A DNA stretch of 64,000 nucleotides from Somniosus microcephalus (taxonomy: Eukaryota), in the NCBI GenBank assembly GCA_052327205.1, contig CM126234.1, positions 28,520,001 to 28,584,000 on the forward strand, written 5' to 3'. Both the position numbers and the translations under genes were made by a program. Numbering within the stretch: position 1 is the stretch's first letter; every line of letters starts with the position of its first letter. This document shows positions 1 through 13,173 of the stretch, in pieces. Below the pieces are notes generated by a model, which was given only the letters and a program-made list of their open reading frames with translations, was not told where the DNA came from and did no database searches.

Positions 1-852
1 ACAATGTCATCATTTGTTTAAATAGATCAGTTCAACACCTTAAAGGAATATACTTCCAGGCAAGCCTCATAAAACTTGTGCTTGTGCACCATACTCTAGT
101 ATTGACCAGTTCCTGGGGATAAAAGTGAGCTTTAAAAATGGGCTTTCACTTTATATTTATTGAATATCAGGATAATTATGACCTTCACATCATCCCTCAA
201 TTGTTGTGTCTCCAATCCAAGAACAGAATCTTACAAAAACCATATATTGCATTCTTAGCTGTCCTTTTCAGGTGATAAGAAATATAAAAGGACCACCCAT
301 TGCTGACTTTAGGCTTATTTAGTTTATTGGTACAAACACAGGGTAGCAAAAAATAAAAATAAATCACATTTGTGCCAATATGCTTTAATGTTGTGCAATA
401 CATGAATTCACCAGCTAAAATAGTGACACACTGGTAACCTCCGGTACTTTACCCTCACGTCAAGCAGCTCAAAATGCTCTTTCCAGTTCCCAAAGTTTGG
501 CATGGCAGACTGGCACACTATTGAAATGCTGGTGACAACAATGCTGTCTCTGTTAGGAAGGTGATCAGATTTTATTTTAGGGAAACCCATCACGTCGCAC
601 TAAAATCAGGCAACTGAAGAATGTGTTCAGCATTTCCATGTCCTCTATTTAGGAATGCGCAACTCCAAAAAATGAGCATGGACACAGTTTGGTGACTGCC
701 ACTATCCTGGATATGCAGGAAGACTGGTCATTTGTAAAATATAAAATGCATTAATGCGTACTTTTCAACATTAGGAACTGGCAGACAACAGGGTAACTTT
801 GACAAATACAATTATATGTGAGCAAAAAGGCTACTCATATATAAAAATATAA

Positions 853-1408
853 GGGCCAATTTTCCTGACCCTTGTGCCTAGGAAATGAGCATTCTCGGTA
901 CACGGTCACAGGGTCTGCACCCTGTAACACTGCTTCGGCATTTCCAGAGCTTTCCTGCTGGGGCGAATCCTGGTCTGCACCTGCAGAAGGCCAGGCGGTA
1001 CACAAGGCAGGAAGGGGCGCTTACAGCCGTCGGCCTTATTTCCCGGTGGTGATGCTTGCTGGGCACCCAAGTGCAAGGGCGCCCAGAATAGGCTGATGCT
1101 GTGGCCTGCCACTGAATCCCGGAAGTTCCCGGGGCAGGCCAAAGATCTGAAGTTAGGCCTCAGTAATTTTTTGCTGTTGTTAATCTCCAACAGCAGCCAG
1201 GAGGTCCCAATCACCGAGGCCGGAGGCAGCTACAGGTCGGAGAAGCCTACAGCTGCTCTTGATTTTCCTGCCTCTGCTCTTGGACTCTCCCAAGGGCGCT
1301 CCCGGGCCATTTAAATGGCCTGGAACAGGAAGTAGGGGCGAGTCTGGGGTTAGACAGCTGTAGTGCACTTCGGGTGTGTTTAGTGCCTGAACAGAGGAAA
1401 ATCAGTTG
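853..1408. mobile_element. Degraded GC-rich non-autonomous DNA transposon (MITE-like), approximate ends
   Basis: GC/CpG-rich island in AT-rich DNA. Starts gggccaattttcct and ends near aggaaaatc (partial TIR); the terminus style resembles the elements at 13174 and 62216. Confidence 0.45.
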
Positions 1409-2635
1409 TTAAAAAAAATGCTAGTACATTTAAGCTTAATTTCAAACCTTTAGGAACTGGCAGATACCAGAGTAAAGCAGACAAATACAATTATGTGAGA
1501 TTTCCTTTTAACAGTCTAAAGATCATATTTCTAAATTCTTTTAGTGCTAAACAGCTCAGCTGAATCCTGGATAGGTTAGTTTTTGTACTGTAGCATACTA
1601 TGTACTGTTCTTAAGTGCAAGATAAAAACAGCTTAAGGAGGGCAAAGCTTTCTGTGATGCATGGCTTAAAAGCAGCAAAATAGAATATTTGGAAAAATGC
1701 ACACAATTACAGTGGAGAAACGTTTAAAATTCAAACAAAATCTGTGATGCACCCTTTTTGAAAGAATACTTCTCTCATATCATAGACAGCATGTGCTTGA
1801 TGCCGACAGTAGAAGACTGAAGCACACACAAAATTGCAATGGTTTCCAGATGCATTGAGAAGATCAAATGAGTTCTAACAAAAAGTGACACAAGGACTAT
1901 AACTGGAAAAAATCCATTATACTCCTAACAACAGTGCACTGCAGTCATGTAGATGGTAACTTTAATGGACAGCAGTGAAAGGAGGTTAATATTTGCACAA
2001 GTAAAGCAGATAATCACTTACAAGTGTGCAGATATTTATGTGCCTGCTGGCCACAACTTCTTTTAAAACATGCACTATGAAATAATCGGTTTTGTAATTT
2101 TAGTTGTTTGGTAATATTTTTGCGCTCTCAATGCAAAGGATGTCAGGGGTTGTGAAATTCACTCTTCACCAAATACTGAAATTGAGCTCTCCCAGGTCGA
2201 GTATAAAACAGCCAGATCCAGAGTAAAGCTGCCTCTGCAATCCACTTCACCTCAACTTTAGAAGAGCATGCCTCACTGCACCAGTGCAAGTCTTTTCATT
2301 GTCCACATCAGCCTGTGGACTCAGTGAGATTTGCGCAGTTTCATGCCACAGACCTGTGCCTGCTAGCCTCTGGGTTGAGACTACCCAAACAGATTTCAAA
2401 TAGGACCCGTACAGCTGGCTGAGGAGAGAGACTTTTGTCCCTGTGACCGTGTCCAGATTTCAATCCGGTTCTCAGAAGCAAAAGGCTAACGGGTAACGGG
2501 CACCAGCCTAACCTCGTATAAAATCTGTTGAAAATTGTTCTTGGGTCATCACAAGTGTGGAGTGTTTTTTTTTTATACAAGGTGGTCTAAAAAGCAAATC
2601 AAGTACAGTCACTGTAAAGCACCTCACTGCCACAT

Positions 2636-2641
2636 TTTATT
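2636..2641 (-). promoter_or_regulatory. Candidate distal polyadenylation signal AATAAA
   Basis: Minus-strand AATAAA followed about 25-45 nt downstream by a GU/U-rich tract (gtgactgtacttgatttgctttt). Confidence 0.4.
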
Positions 2642-2809
2642 TAATACTTTAAACTGATTTGAAATGCTAGCATTATTGTCAGAACAGATACACTAAGCTC
2701 AGCGGATATTCTGGGATACGGCTATTTTCCAATACAGCTTTCTAAGCTGAGCAAGGACCAGACTGGCCATTGGGAAATAAGCAAATGCTTCACTCAACTT
2801 TTATCTAAA

Positions 2810-2990
2810 GCTCTTCCTTTGAGGACAGTGAAACTTTAATTACTGGCAAAGTTAAAAAAATCCTCCAGATACACCTCTTTGACCAGGCTTTCAGTCACCC
2901 CTTCCTGACTAGGCATTCTTTTCCTTACACCCAGTTGTGAAGTACTTTGGAACGTTTCTTTATGTTAAAAGCGCTATATAAATGCAAGTT
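2810..2990 (+). mobile_element. Old L2-type LINE 3' end fragment (approximate)
   Basis: cctctttgaccaggctttcagtcacc...tgtgaagtactttggaacg...aaaagcgctatataaatgcaagtt tail, shared with other copies in the window (38860-38910, 52110-52170, 55900-55960). Confidence 0.6.
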
Positions 2991-5900
2991 AGGAGCTATT
3001 AATCCAAGACATTTTTATGTAAAATTAAAAACAGCTAAGAGTCATTGCTAAAATTTAATTTATCCTAAAAGGAATAAAGTCAATATTTGAAAATATGTAA
3101 CTTTAATTATAGAGGATGAATATTTTAAAAAGGAAATTTAGTAATAAAATAGAGTTGTTTTTGGTGTTTTAAGTGAAAAATGACAAATTCAGAGAATAAT
3201 CAACTGACAATAGAAGTGATCGATTATCAAGTTCTTAAATAATTCAGCTAAACAACCACTAATCACTGCACCAGCTATAAATATTGACAAAGTGCTTTGG
3301 AAAGCTGTTCGAAAAAGATTCAAGTTGTTAGCTCTCGAGTGCGTGACCTGCAAAAGCTTGATTACTTCAGAAATCAAACACTTTTTTTTGTATAAAACTA
3401 CATCTTTCATACAAAGACCAGTGTCCCAAGGAAACACAGGTAGAACCACAGATTTTTTTTTTGTTTTGTTAAGTTTTATGATTTACAATCAAAAGAGGGC
3501 AAAATTAAAATTGATGACTATTTAAAACTCTTTACTGCAACAAACACACACGTACGAGTGGGCGTTATTTGCGTTTTCTGCTCAATCAACATGGTTACAG
3601 TCACAGTAATACAGCATCCCTATTTTGCCCTCCTCATTCATAAACTAAATACATACATACACACATACATAGTCAGTAGATAGAAAAACAAGAAGCTTAA
3701 GAATAAAAGGAATCATTTCATTCCAGATTTAAATACTACAAATGAAAAGGCTGGGGTACTGCAAGACAGATAGATGCCTTTTTGTGTTTGTTCTGCACAG
3801 AGGAGCCTCCATGCTTGATGATATACTGCTGACTGCATTGAAGAGTGACACAACCCAATAGAATCACTTCTTTTTCCTTTTTTTGATCAAACAGCAAGGA
3901 TAGAAGGCGCAAATCCTCAGAATACGTGCTATTAAAAAGTCACTTAATCCAAACATAATCCACCCTCTACCCATAAATGGTTAAGCTGCAATAAACTGTT
4001 ACAACAGACCAGAAAGAGATATATAAATTACATAATATACTCTCTATATTATATAATTATATATACAGAATATAGTAGTCATTAGGTGACGGTAACAAAA
4101 AGATGGTCTTTCATCACTAATTCAAAACAGGCTTGACGTTTTCTGCCACATGTAAATTATTTTTGGAAATACTAGATTATGGTAAAAGGAAAAACTATGA
4201 ACATCATTATTTGCAGTTTAACTCACATTTCAGTTATCTTATTGACTATAATCAGGGATTACAGCAAAGTCTACAAGTAGCCTTTAACAATTCCTATCTT
4301 CCATTTTCTTTGATGCGCCCTTTAAACACTGTTTGTTCTTTGTTCGATTTTATGTCATTGAGTATCCTTAAGAGGGCTCCCTCTCCCCTCCTAACAAACA
4401 TACCCAGAATTTTACATTTTTTTCCTACAAAGTAAAACTGGGGGAAGTGCGGATGTATGAAAGGAAGGTAAAAGGGTTTCTTGGCTTAAACCAACATTGT
4501 AAATGCAAAAATTGCTCTCAATTTATAGTTCCAAATCAAACTGAACTACCTAAATGGATCAAGTTAACCTTCGTGCAACATTACTTGAGAGGTCGAAAAT
4601 TCCCAAGGGCCCATTCAAATTCTGATCCTAGATATAAAACGAGGCCTCCTGGCCCATAGTATGCACTAATGCATGCATTAAGACCTATAATTTGATCCAA
4701 CACATGTGCAGATCCAAGGCAAAGTATAAACAGTATATAGGTGGGATTCAGTTCAGATCCAATGTAACAATTTTGAACCAGATTATTCCCCCCCCCCCCC
4801 CCATCCCCAGTGTAAAATAGGGCACAGTGTTCAAATAATAAAAACACGGGGCTCTCTCTCCTGCAGTTCCCATTTATCAGTAGTAGGTATTTGCCCTAAA
4901 TGCTTTAAGTGGGCAGTTCTTCAAGATTATATACAAGTTAGTTCACTAATGGAGCAAGGCGCTGAAGAGCAATTTACATCATGTACCAATTTTTGGATCA
5001 AACAGCAATAAGTATAAAGGCAAAACTCTCAAGAATCATTTCAAAGAAAAGCTTTTTTTTTTGCTGTTGCTGGAAAATCTACTTGCTCCCTAGAGGAATT
5101 GACTATTTTACAAAATCACTGGCAAGCTATGGCAGTTGTTGAATATGGGAAAATTCCAGTTGTGGTAGCAACAATCACAAGATAGTTATGTACTGGTTCT
5201 TGATCTGTGGCTTTATTTACAGATTTTGCAATTTAAAAAAAGTTCCCCAATTTATGCTCCCCCCAGATTTTCTCCCCTTACTCCATTCTTGACGGCTCAT
5301 CTTTGTGGTTCCTCCCATCCCAGTTTTCACGCCATAAGCGGGTCAGAGACTGCAGACTGCTCTATAGGTTCATGTAGGAATATTAAGTGGTACAAGAACG
5401 GCATTTGCATCAGACCAGGGTCAGTCTAAACTCTTTGTCCCCCACAAGGTTGCATGTGGAGAGAGTGGGGATGAGAAGAGTTAACAGAAAATAGACTGTA
5501 TAAACAGGGCATTGAGAGATTTAAAATAACCAATGATGCCATTATTGACAATGGCATGGGTTGTTCGGACAGCAATTTAACAACCCCCAAACCACCACAG
5601 GATAATAAGGGACTTTAATACCTGAGGATTTTCAAACTAAAACTATATTTTTTGGTGCCTTGCTCAGCATATTATATAATGCTCTTTGGAAATTGTACAA
5701 AAATGTGCATGGGGGAGGGGTAGGGAAGTATATGTGTTCTCTAATGTATAATATACACTGTATGCACTACCTTCCAGCAATCAATCAGATACCAAAATAT
5801 CTCAGTACCTGTCATGTTGTACATTTTTTTTCCCACATTGCCATTACATCTGAAGACTTCTGCCATTTCCAAGTTCTCACATTTAAAAGATCAGACTAGA

Positions 5901-8900
5901 AACAAAATCACCAAAACATGACTGAGTGACAAACACTACATATAATACAACGGCTTTAATACGGAGGAGGGAAGCAAAGGCAATAAACTTTGCTGAGCTC
6001 AGAAAACAATGATAAACGATTCAAGCTTCATTCTGGTAGCTTATGCGGTCATCTGAACACCTGCTATTGTCTTGTAATTCACTCCCCAGTACCTATTACT
6101 GTACAATACATCAGAGGTCACAGCATATCAAAGAGCCTTTTCAAGGGCTGAAAGGGGGGGGGGGGGGGGAAAGATAGGGGGTATCTGTGGTTGAAAGCAA
6201 TGCTCCAAAAAAAGCCAGGGGGAGGAACTTTAAGACCACTACACAATGGATTATCACAAAAATGATTTATTAAAAAAAACTGCAATAGTTGAGGAACTCA
6301 AATGTCAAATCCCTCTAGCCACCTGAAATTTTTAGTTCAGACTGGACTTGTAAGGGTTAACTTCGAATCAACCAACCAGTATTCGAACTGTTGATCGCGA
6401 GCTACTCCCTGGTATTTTAAAGTTTTAATATTTTTCACTCTAGGACAATTGCTCAAATTATAGATGCCTTAAAGTAAAGCTACAAGGATTAAGCAGTGGA
6501 CTGCTAACTGGGGAGAACCAAGTTCACATCTTAGCCTCGACTAGTGTCCATTCTTGGACTTTCACAGTCTGAGCAGAGATGCTTGAAGTATGGTGCAGCC
6601 TTCCAAGTTTTCTAATGCACACATGCAGGTAGGATGGCCAAGGAGCTGGACTTCTTGACTGAGGCTAGTGGAGATGGGCACAGGAAGAAATAAAGAAAAC
6701 TAAAAATGGTACAAAGCAGTGCACTTCTGGGTATCCATGGCTACACAGAAGTTATATAAAAGCTGTAAATGCCCCAGAGATGCCCATCAATCTGAACAAT
6801 TTGCTTTTCCACAACTCGAGAGTGAACTGGTTGCATTAATAGTCATTTTATGGGCTGCTGTTCTTCAGGTGTATTGATACACATATCTCAACAGCACAAT
6901 AAACCTCACGGGCATACAGAAAAATTAAACACGTGCAAGCAGCTGGTGGAAATCAAAATGTCAAATCTACTAAGGAGAACCTTCAAGTAATGTTAAACAT
7001 ACATAATGAAAATATGCAAAGACACGGATGTGAAAATCCGCTTGTGCAAAATTCATTGGCACATATGATTCCATTGAAAGTTTTACCAGTGCAGATCGTT
7101 TATTTCATCAAACCAACAGCCCAATTAATGCCCAAATCTAGTGTTACTGAGCTTTTTAAAGTTTCATCCAAAGAAATCCTCAAGTGACTGCTGGAAAAAT
7201 GTAATTTTCTATATGTTTTTGATCATCTCCTTTAACTTTCAGAAACACACAAAAACACATTGCATTAAGAATTAGCCATTTTGCAAGAACATGAATGGAT
7301 CTAAGAAAGCCCATGCAACCATTAGGACATATCGTCACAACAATCCAACTACCATTATGTGCAAAGCAACATACAAGTCACTCATGAATTAAGTCTTCTG
7401 CACTCATCAAATAAGCTCTCTATCCAGAGTTCCCCAAAGATCTTCAAATTATCCCCAAAATAAGAAAGCCAACCAAGTTTTCCCCCCCCCCCCCCCAGTT
7501 TTATGGGGGTAGAGGATGTGGTGGTGATTTGAATCTCAAGGTTCCTTGAGTGAACTCTTAACAACACAAAGCAAGACAGTTGGAATTGATTTAGAAAGTA
7601 GTGGTGAGGAGGCTGCTGGAAGGTCACAGCAGTTACTACAAAGGTCAAAAAGATGAAGATAGTTTCACTACTGAAGATCAATTTATGCAGAAAAAAATGT
7701 CTATGATGAACTTTACTGAGGCCAAGATTTATCACTGTTTTGATACACTGGATACAGGGACCACTTTGCTCACAATGATTTGCGCAGCTCTGAACACTTT
7801 CAATACAGCAAAAATGAAATGGTGCTGCAGCTTAAAGCTGCAAGGCATTGGCCCACAATCCGAAATCTATTTTTTGGAAAAAAAAGTCAACCAACTCCCT
7901 TTAATTAAAGAATAGTATTGCATCTGCTCATCTCCAGTGTAGTCAGTCACACAGGTGTGACTAGGTAGGGCCATAAGCTCCAACCAGATCAACAGCTTGT
8001 GATCCTAACTCAGTCCCACTTGGGGTTGAATAATACGTCTAAAGATGACAAATACAAAACATCGTACTACGCTATCTCTATAATTAAAGGCACAGAAGGC
8101 TATTTGTTTCAAGTTATGATTATTTTGGAAAGTGCTTCAAGATTAAAAATAGGTAAATTGAGATTTAAACTTGAAAGCAAGTTTCCTTGACATGGTTTGT
8201 GGCTGTGGACAACATCCACTGGGTTACTTTATGTTGGGTGAAGACCCCTTATTAATAGGAAACAAAACCTAATTTAATCTGGTCTAAATGTACATTACCT
8301 GATTCAGACACTTACTGGACTGCTGGTTTGGTGCAGGTTTTCCTCCTTTAGATAGATCTGCTCAACACCACAATGAATAACCATTTTGGAAAGGAGACTC
8401 CTTTTAAGGTCAGGTGCAAGCAGAGCTACATTGCCTAAACAATGAGCCCAGATTCCAAACCTTCAAAACATGTTTACTGCACTCTGGCGATATTCCCACT
8501 TCGTAAATGCTCGATCTTTGTAGCCTTTTGCAGTAGGATTGCAGTTTTAGCGCAACACTTAATTTGCCAGAATACAATAGTACCGTTAAGCGACAAGTGC
8601 AAGCACAAAAAATGGCGCAAGAAAGCATGTCGGACAGATGAACTTACAGTCTCGAGCACAATCCTCCTACGCTGAACCATCATCCACCACCACTGCCCAG
8701 GATTTCCCATGGTTCAAAGCAACCTCTCAATTTCCACAAGGAACCACTTTTTCTCATTTTTCATTTTATTTAAAAGTTGGCTCAAACAACAACAACCAAA
8801 TTTAAAACTTGCTCCCTTTGCATCTAACTCAACTGTGAAAGGACAGATTAAATTCATTTCCTGGTTTCTCTGTCCCTACAGCTTAGAGGACTAGCAGTGT

Positions 8901-11671
8901 TACAGGGACTCGAGGCTCCCCTTACCAATCTGTAGCCAGTCCCGTTCCTTCAGAGACTAGAAATACAAGATTGCATCAGAGCTTGGATGTAGAAATTTCT
9001 ACTAATATAGCAGGGCTTTTTAAAGTAGGTTTTAAATAATTGTACTTTGCACAGATTAGAGACTTAAATCTTAAGAGTGCTTAAAATAACTGGGATGAGA
9101 AAAGAAGAAAGGCATTGAATTTAGATATTGGATCTACACAAGAAAGTGGCAGCTAGTTTGTGCTACCCCAACAGTGTGCAACATATTTGTGTGTTGGAAA
9201 CTAATGTGCAAAGACAATTTAAATACACAAATTCAGAACAATTCTTAGAAGTGTCAGTTCAAAACAAATTAATTAAATAACTGAAAATCTGAAAAAGGAA
9301 ACTGATTAAGAACTAGGGTTGGACAAAAAAAACTATGACCCAGTGAGCTCCCTCAAAACTCACAACCTAGAGCTTGCACTGGGGTCTTGAACTGATGATG
9401 TCACAGAGTGTCCTTCTTTATAGAAATCCATTAACTCCACAAAACCATCCTTTTGGAACAGCAGATGAAGAACCTATTAAAGATATTCCATCACGGCTGT
9501 GTGCATCAATGCAATATCCTTTATTCAAGACAAACAGATTGTAAACTCTCTTCTTCTTCCTCTCTCCCCCTAAAGAAAATCTTCCCTGGAGCGGAGTAGC
9601 TGGCAATATCCAACCCCCACAAGATGTCCCATCCAGTAATCAGACTGAGAACTGGTTACTGTTCACCATAATTGTGGCTGAAGTGGCCCAGTTCTGGGAC
9701 TTGAGCCTACAACCTCCGGAGTGTGAAGCATGTGAATTTTTACACTACAGGATTTTAAGATTATAAATATGAATGCGGACAATATTCAAAAACCTCAACA
9801 TTTGGGAAAGTCCTTTTAATAGATAAGAACACATTAATTGTTTAAAATATATTAACCCTCTCCCTGCAACCATATTTGGTCAAAAGTAAAATATTTATAT
9901 TATATGATTAAAGTTTTAAAAACTGCACATTCCTACATAACACCCAGACTTCTTCACAGCTTCCAATACAAATGCTGCTCTCCAGTGTTGATGAGCATGA
10001 ACACAGATGGCTACCTCTCCCCATAGAGCGTTAAGCACAGAAGTGTCTCAGCCAAAAACTAACGAAACTCAATATGCACATGGTAGTTAATGAATTGGGA
10101 GATTGACGTTGGAGAAGGTTTGAACTTCAGACAGTACTGCCAGGCCACAAGTCAATATTTTATGAAAACAGGGCTCTGGTGCGCTCAACCGTAGAAAGTA
10201 CTGAACAATAGAAACCATCATGCACCAATAAGTCTGAGCATTTTATTTTGTGTACACTTTCTAAGTGGTTGGCTACACTGTGACATCATCAAACAGCTAT
10301 CTTGGTGGTGAGGTGAAGGGGGAAATAGGGAAGTATTAATTACCCATGACCATTAGCCACCAATTCAAAGCCTCTCGCCACCCAAGGTTGCATCATGGTA
10401 GTTATTATATCCAACAGTGAGAACGAGGTAGTTTGGATTACCTATGACACTAATTTCAGAAATGGTCTGATTCCATTACAACAGCTCCTCGAATTCCACT
10501 CATCCTCCATGGCTTCATGACCCTGTATATTGCCAGGGCACTCCGTGGCTCAGCAGACAGGCTGGTCACTTTGCACAGGACAAGATGGGGCATCGGTTCA
10601 ACTGGGATTTGACAAAGCTCACCACATGTACAGCAGGCAAGTAAACGTGAACCATCGACAGGATTTGAATTTGTAACCACAGTGACAAAGGAGGCACATT
10701 CACTACTACATTATTGGGCATCTTCAAATTGAAGCAGTTAAAAACTTTTGTTCTTTTAAAAAGGTTACTCTTGCCAGCAAATTCCACCACCCCTCACCCC
10801 CATACTATCACAGAATCTGTCTGGACACCCTAGTTGTGTAACTGGGTAGCCAAGTCACAATACTCTGGGATTAATCCACAGTTTTTGAACTGGGACTTGC
10901 AAAAAAAAAAAATGGGCAAGTCATCTCTTGCATCATAAAAGTGTCAAAATTGCCAAGATGTTCAAATATTTTAACTCCTGGGCTCATTGTGAAAAATGGG
11001 CATTTGTAAAATCTCAAACTTTGAAGACAAATGTCACCAAGACCTAAACATAGGTAGTTCTCTTTGATACAGGTCATGTGGATAAATTACTGTTATTTAT
11101 CTAGGTTAAGAATTCATTGGACTCAAAGGGTCAGTAGTTTCCACCAGATCATTCTCTTCTAAAGTTACACGAGGTCTTTTAGGATTTAATAACAGTTGAG
11201 CACCCTACTATCTAGAAGGTTAAAACACAGTTGAAGCCCATTAATTGGGGTGCTTTGGTAGGAATGAAAATCTCATTTTCAATTCATCCCTATTAAGCAA
11301 AACCCACCTATACTGCCTTATATACATAATAACAAATAAATCAGTGCTTAAAAAAAATGTACCATAATCTGAATCTTCATTAACTGGCATCAACTGTAAA
11401 ATTGGGCCCCTAGAAATATGGATCTTTTTTCTCCATTGAAGTTCAACTAAATAGCATTTAAGGTTAGCATCTTTGTGTCAAAGATACAACAAAAAATTCC
11501 AGATGGGGAACATTTAGTTTTAATTGGAAAATGGAGCCAAATTTAACCCCAGTTTATTCTGTAGATTAATCCCTGAAAACAATTATCTTGTCCAACCCTA
11601 GTAAGAACACCTCCTTCTTTAGATGAAGTCAGTGCAAGGGGAGTAGAAAAGTATAGTCCATGTGGCCCTCT

Positions 11672-12396
11672 CTAACTCACTTTGTGCTCTCCTCGGACAA
11701 TGTGCGAGGAGAATTCGTACCGATCCTGGCTGTGGTGGCCGCAGATGTTGCACTCAAAAGGGTCTCTGAATCCATGGCAACCCATGTGTATGGTAAACAT
11801 TACGTGGTCAAGAAAGAGAACCCGGCAGTGGTTACACTTATAAGCCTTAACTTGTTCTCCATCTTCATTTAAGACTCTTAGGACCTCTTTGGCTGAGCTT
11901 TGAGCTGCTTTGGCAGATGATGGAGGCTCCTGTGCCTTTGGGTCCTCTTTGGAATAGGCCGGGCTTTGCCTTGTGGCATAGTTACTAGGGAAAGTATGGG
12001 CATTCCTGTCTTCGTGGCTGCTTTCTGTATCTGTGGAATCATGACAACCATTGCTCGGAGACACTCCAAGCTCTACCAGTTGGTTTTTTGCTCTAGAATT
12101 CAGATGTTCTGGCACGTCTTCGTGACCTTCTGCTGCCTCTCGACTTCCCTGCGCCTCAGCTCGGCTGTGGATGGGATGTACATGGGAGTAGACAGCACTG
12201 ATCACTGGCGTGATCTCTGGCATGCAACTGGTCATGGGGAGCCTTGGAGGCCTCATTGCTTCTGTTCCTAGATAGGACAGCGCACTGCCCAAATTCTGGT
12301 CCATGGGGTGAGGAGCCATCATCTCTACATCCTTCTCAAAATTGGAGTTCATCTCAAAGTGAACATCAGATAGGTTGAGGCGCATGTGTTTATCAC
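11672..12396 (-). CDS. IKZF4: IKZF4/Eos terminal coding exon (725 nt CDS) with the two C-terminal dimerisation zinc fingers, TAG stop at 11672-11674
   Basis: Acceptor tttcttttcag|GT. ORF 11672..12385: YKCNHCRVLFLDHVMFTIHMGCHGFRDPFECNICGHHSQDRYEFSSHIVRGEHKVS, plus Eos-like SPSNGCHDSTDTES and SPAYSKEDPK. Confidence 0.97.
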
Positions 12397-13173
12397 CTGA
12401 AAAGAAAGGATTAGAGTTTAAAATCAGAAAACACAGAAAATAATCGGCAAGGAAGGGAGGTTAAAGGTAATTTAATTTATAATTCTGTTGGATCAATATA
12501 TTGTAAATAAAATCAGTACCAAATTTCACAATTCTGGTTTCAGGAATGGTAACAATTGAAACCGTCTGTTTTCAAATTCTATTACAATGTCAGCAGTGCA
12601 ATAGTTAAAACGAATTAAAAGAAAGCTGCTTTGATATTCATTCAGAAACACAAATGGTCAAGGCAACATCCTCTTGGCATTATCCTGACCCTGTCAAAGT
12701 TTAGGATCAAGGAGTGCCAAACTCTGGTTGGCCTGCATGTTTCACCATCACAATGAAGACATCAGGAAAAGCAAAGCACTTTGAAATCACAAGCTTACAA
12801 AAGGAGACCTAGGCTATTTACTGACCAGTGGAATATGGACCAGCCAAACTTAATTTAGAGTGGGTCAGGAATGTAACTTTAAACTAGCGCTGGAACAAAA
12901 ATAATTTAAACTATAAATAAAACCTAAAACAACCAGGGAGATCTCTCTCACTTCTACCTGCCAGTGATAGTAAACCTCAAAAACAAACAGGATTCCTCCC
13001 AATTTAGGAAGTCTCAAAAGTTCCTAATCGATAGCATTTTGTTTGGACAGTGGATGGTTGAAATACCTTTTCATTTGGACGTTGGATATTAAAATTGGGC
13101 CCTTTCCTCAGAGGACTGAATATAAAAATCTCCAATTTAGGGGTGGAATTAATCAAGACCAATTAAATACCAT

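Larger units (their letters stand above)
2615..11671 (-). other. Putative long 3'UTR of IKZF4 (distal end inferred)
   Basis: AT-rich stretch downstream of the stop codon, largely lacking the young LINE/SINE copies that fill the introns. Several AATAAA hexamers on the minus strand. Confidence 0.45.
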
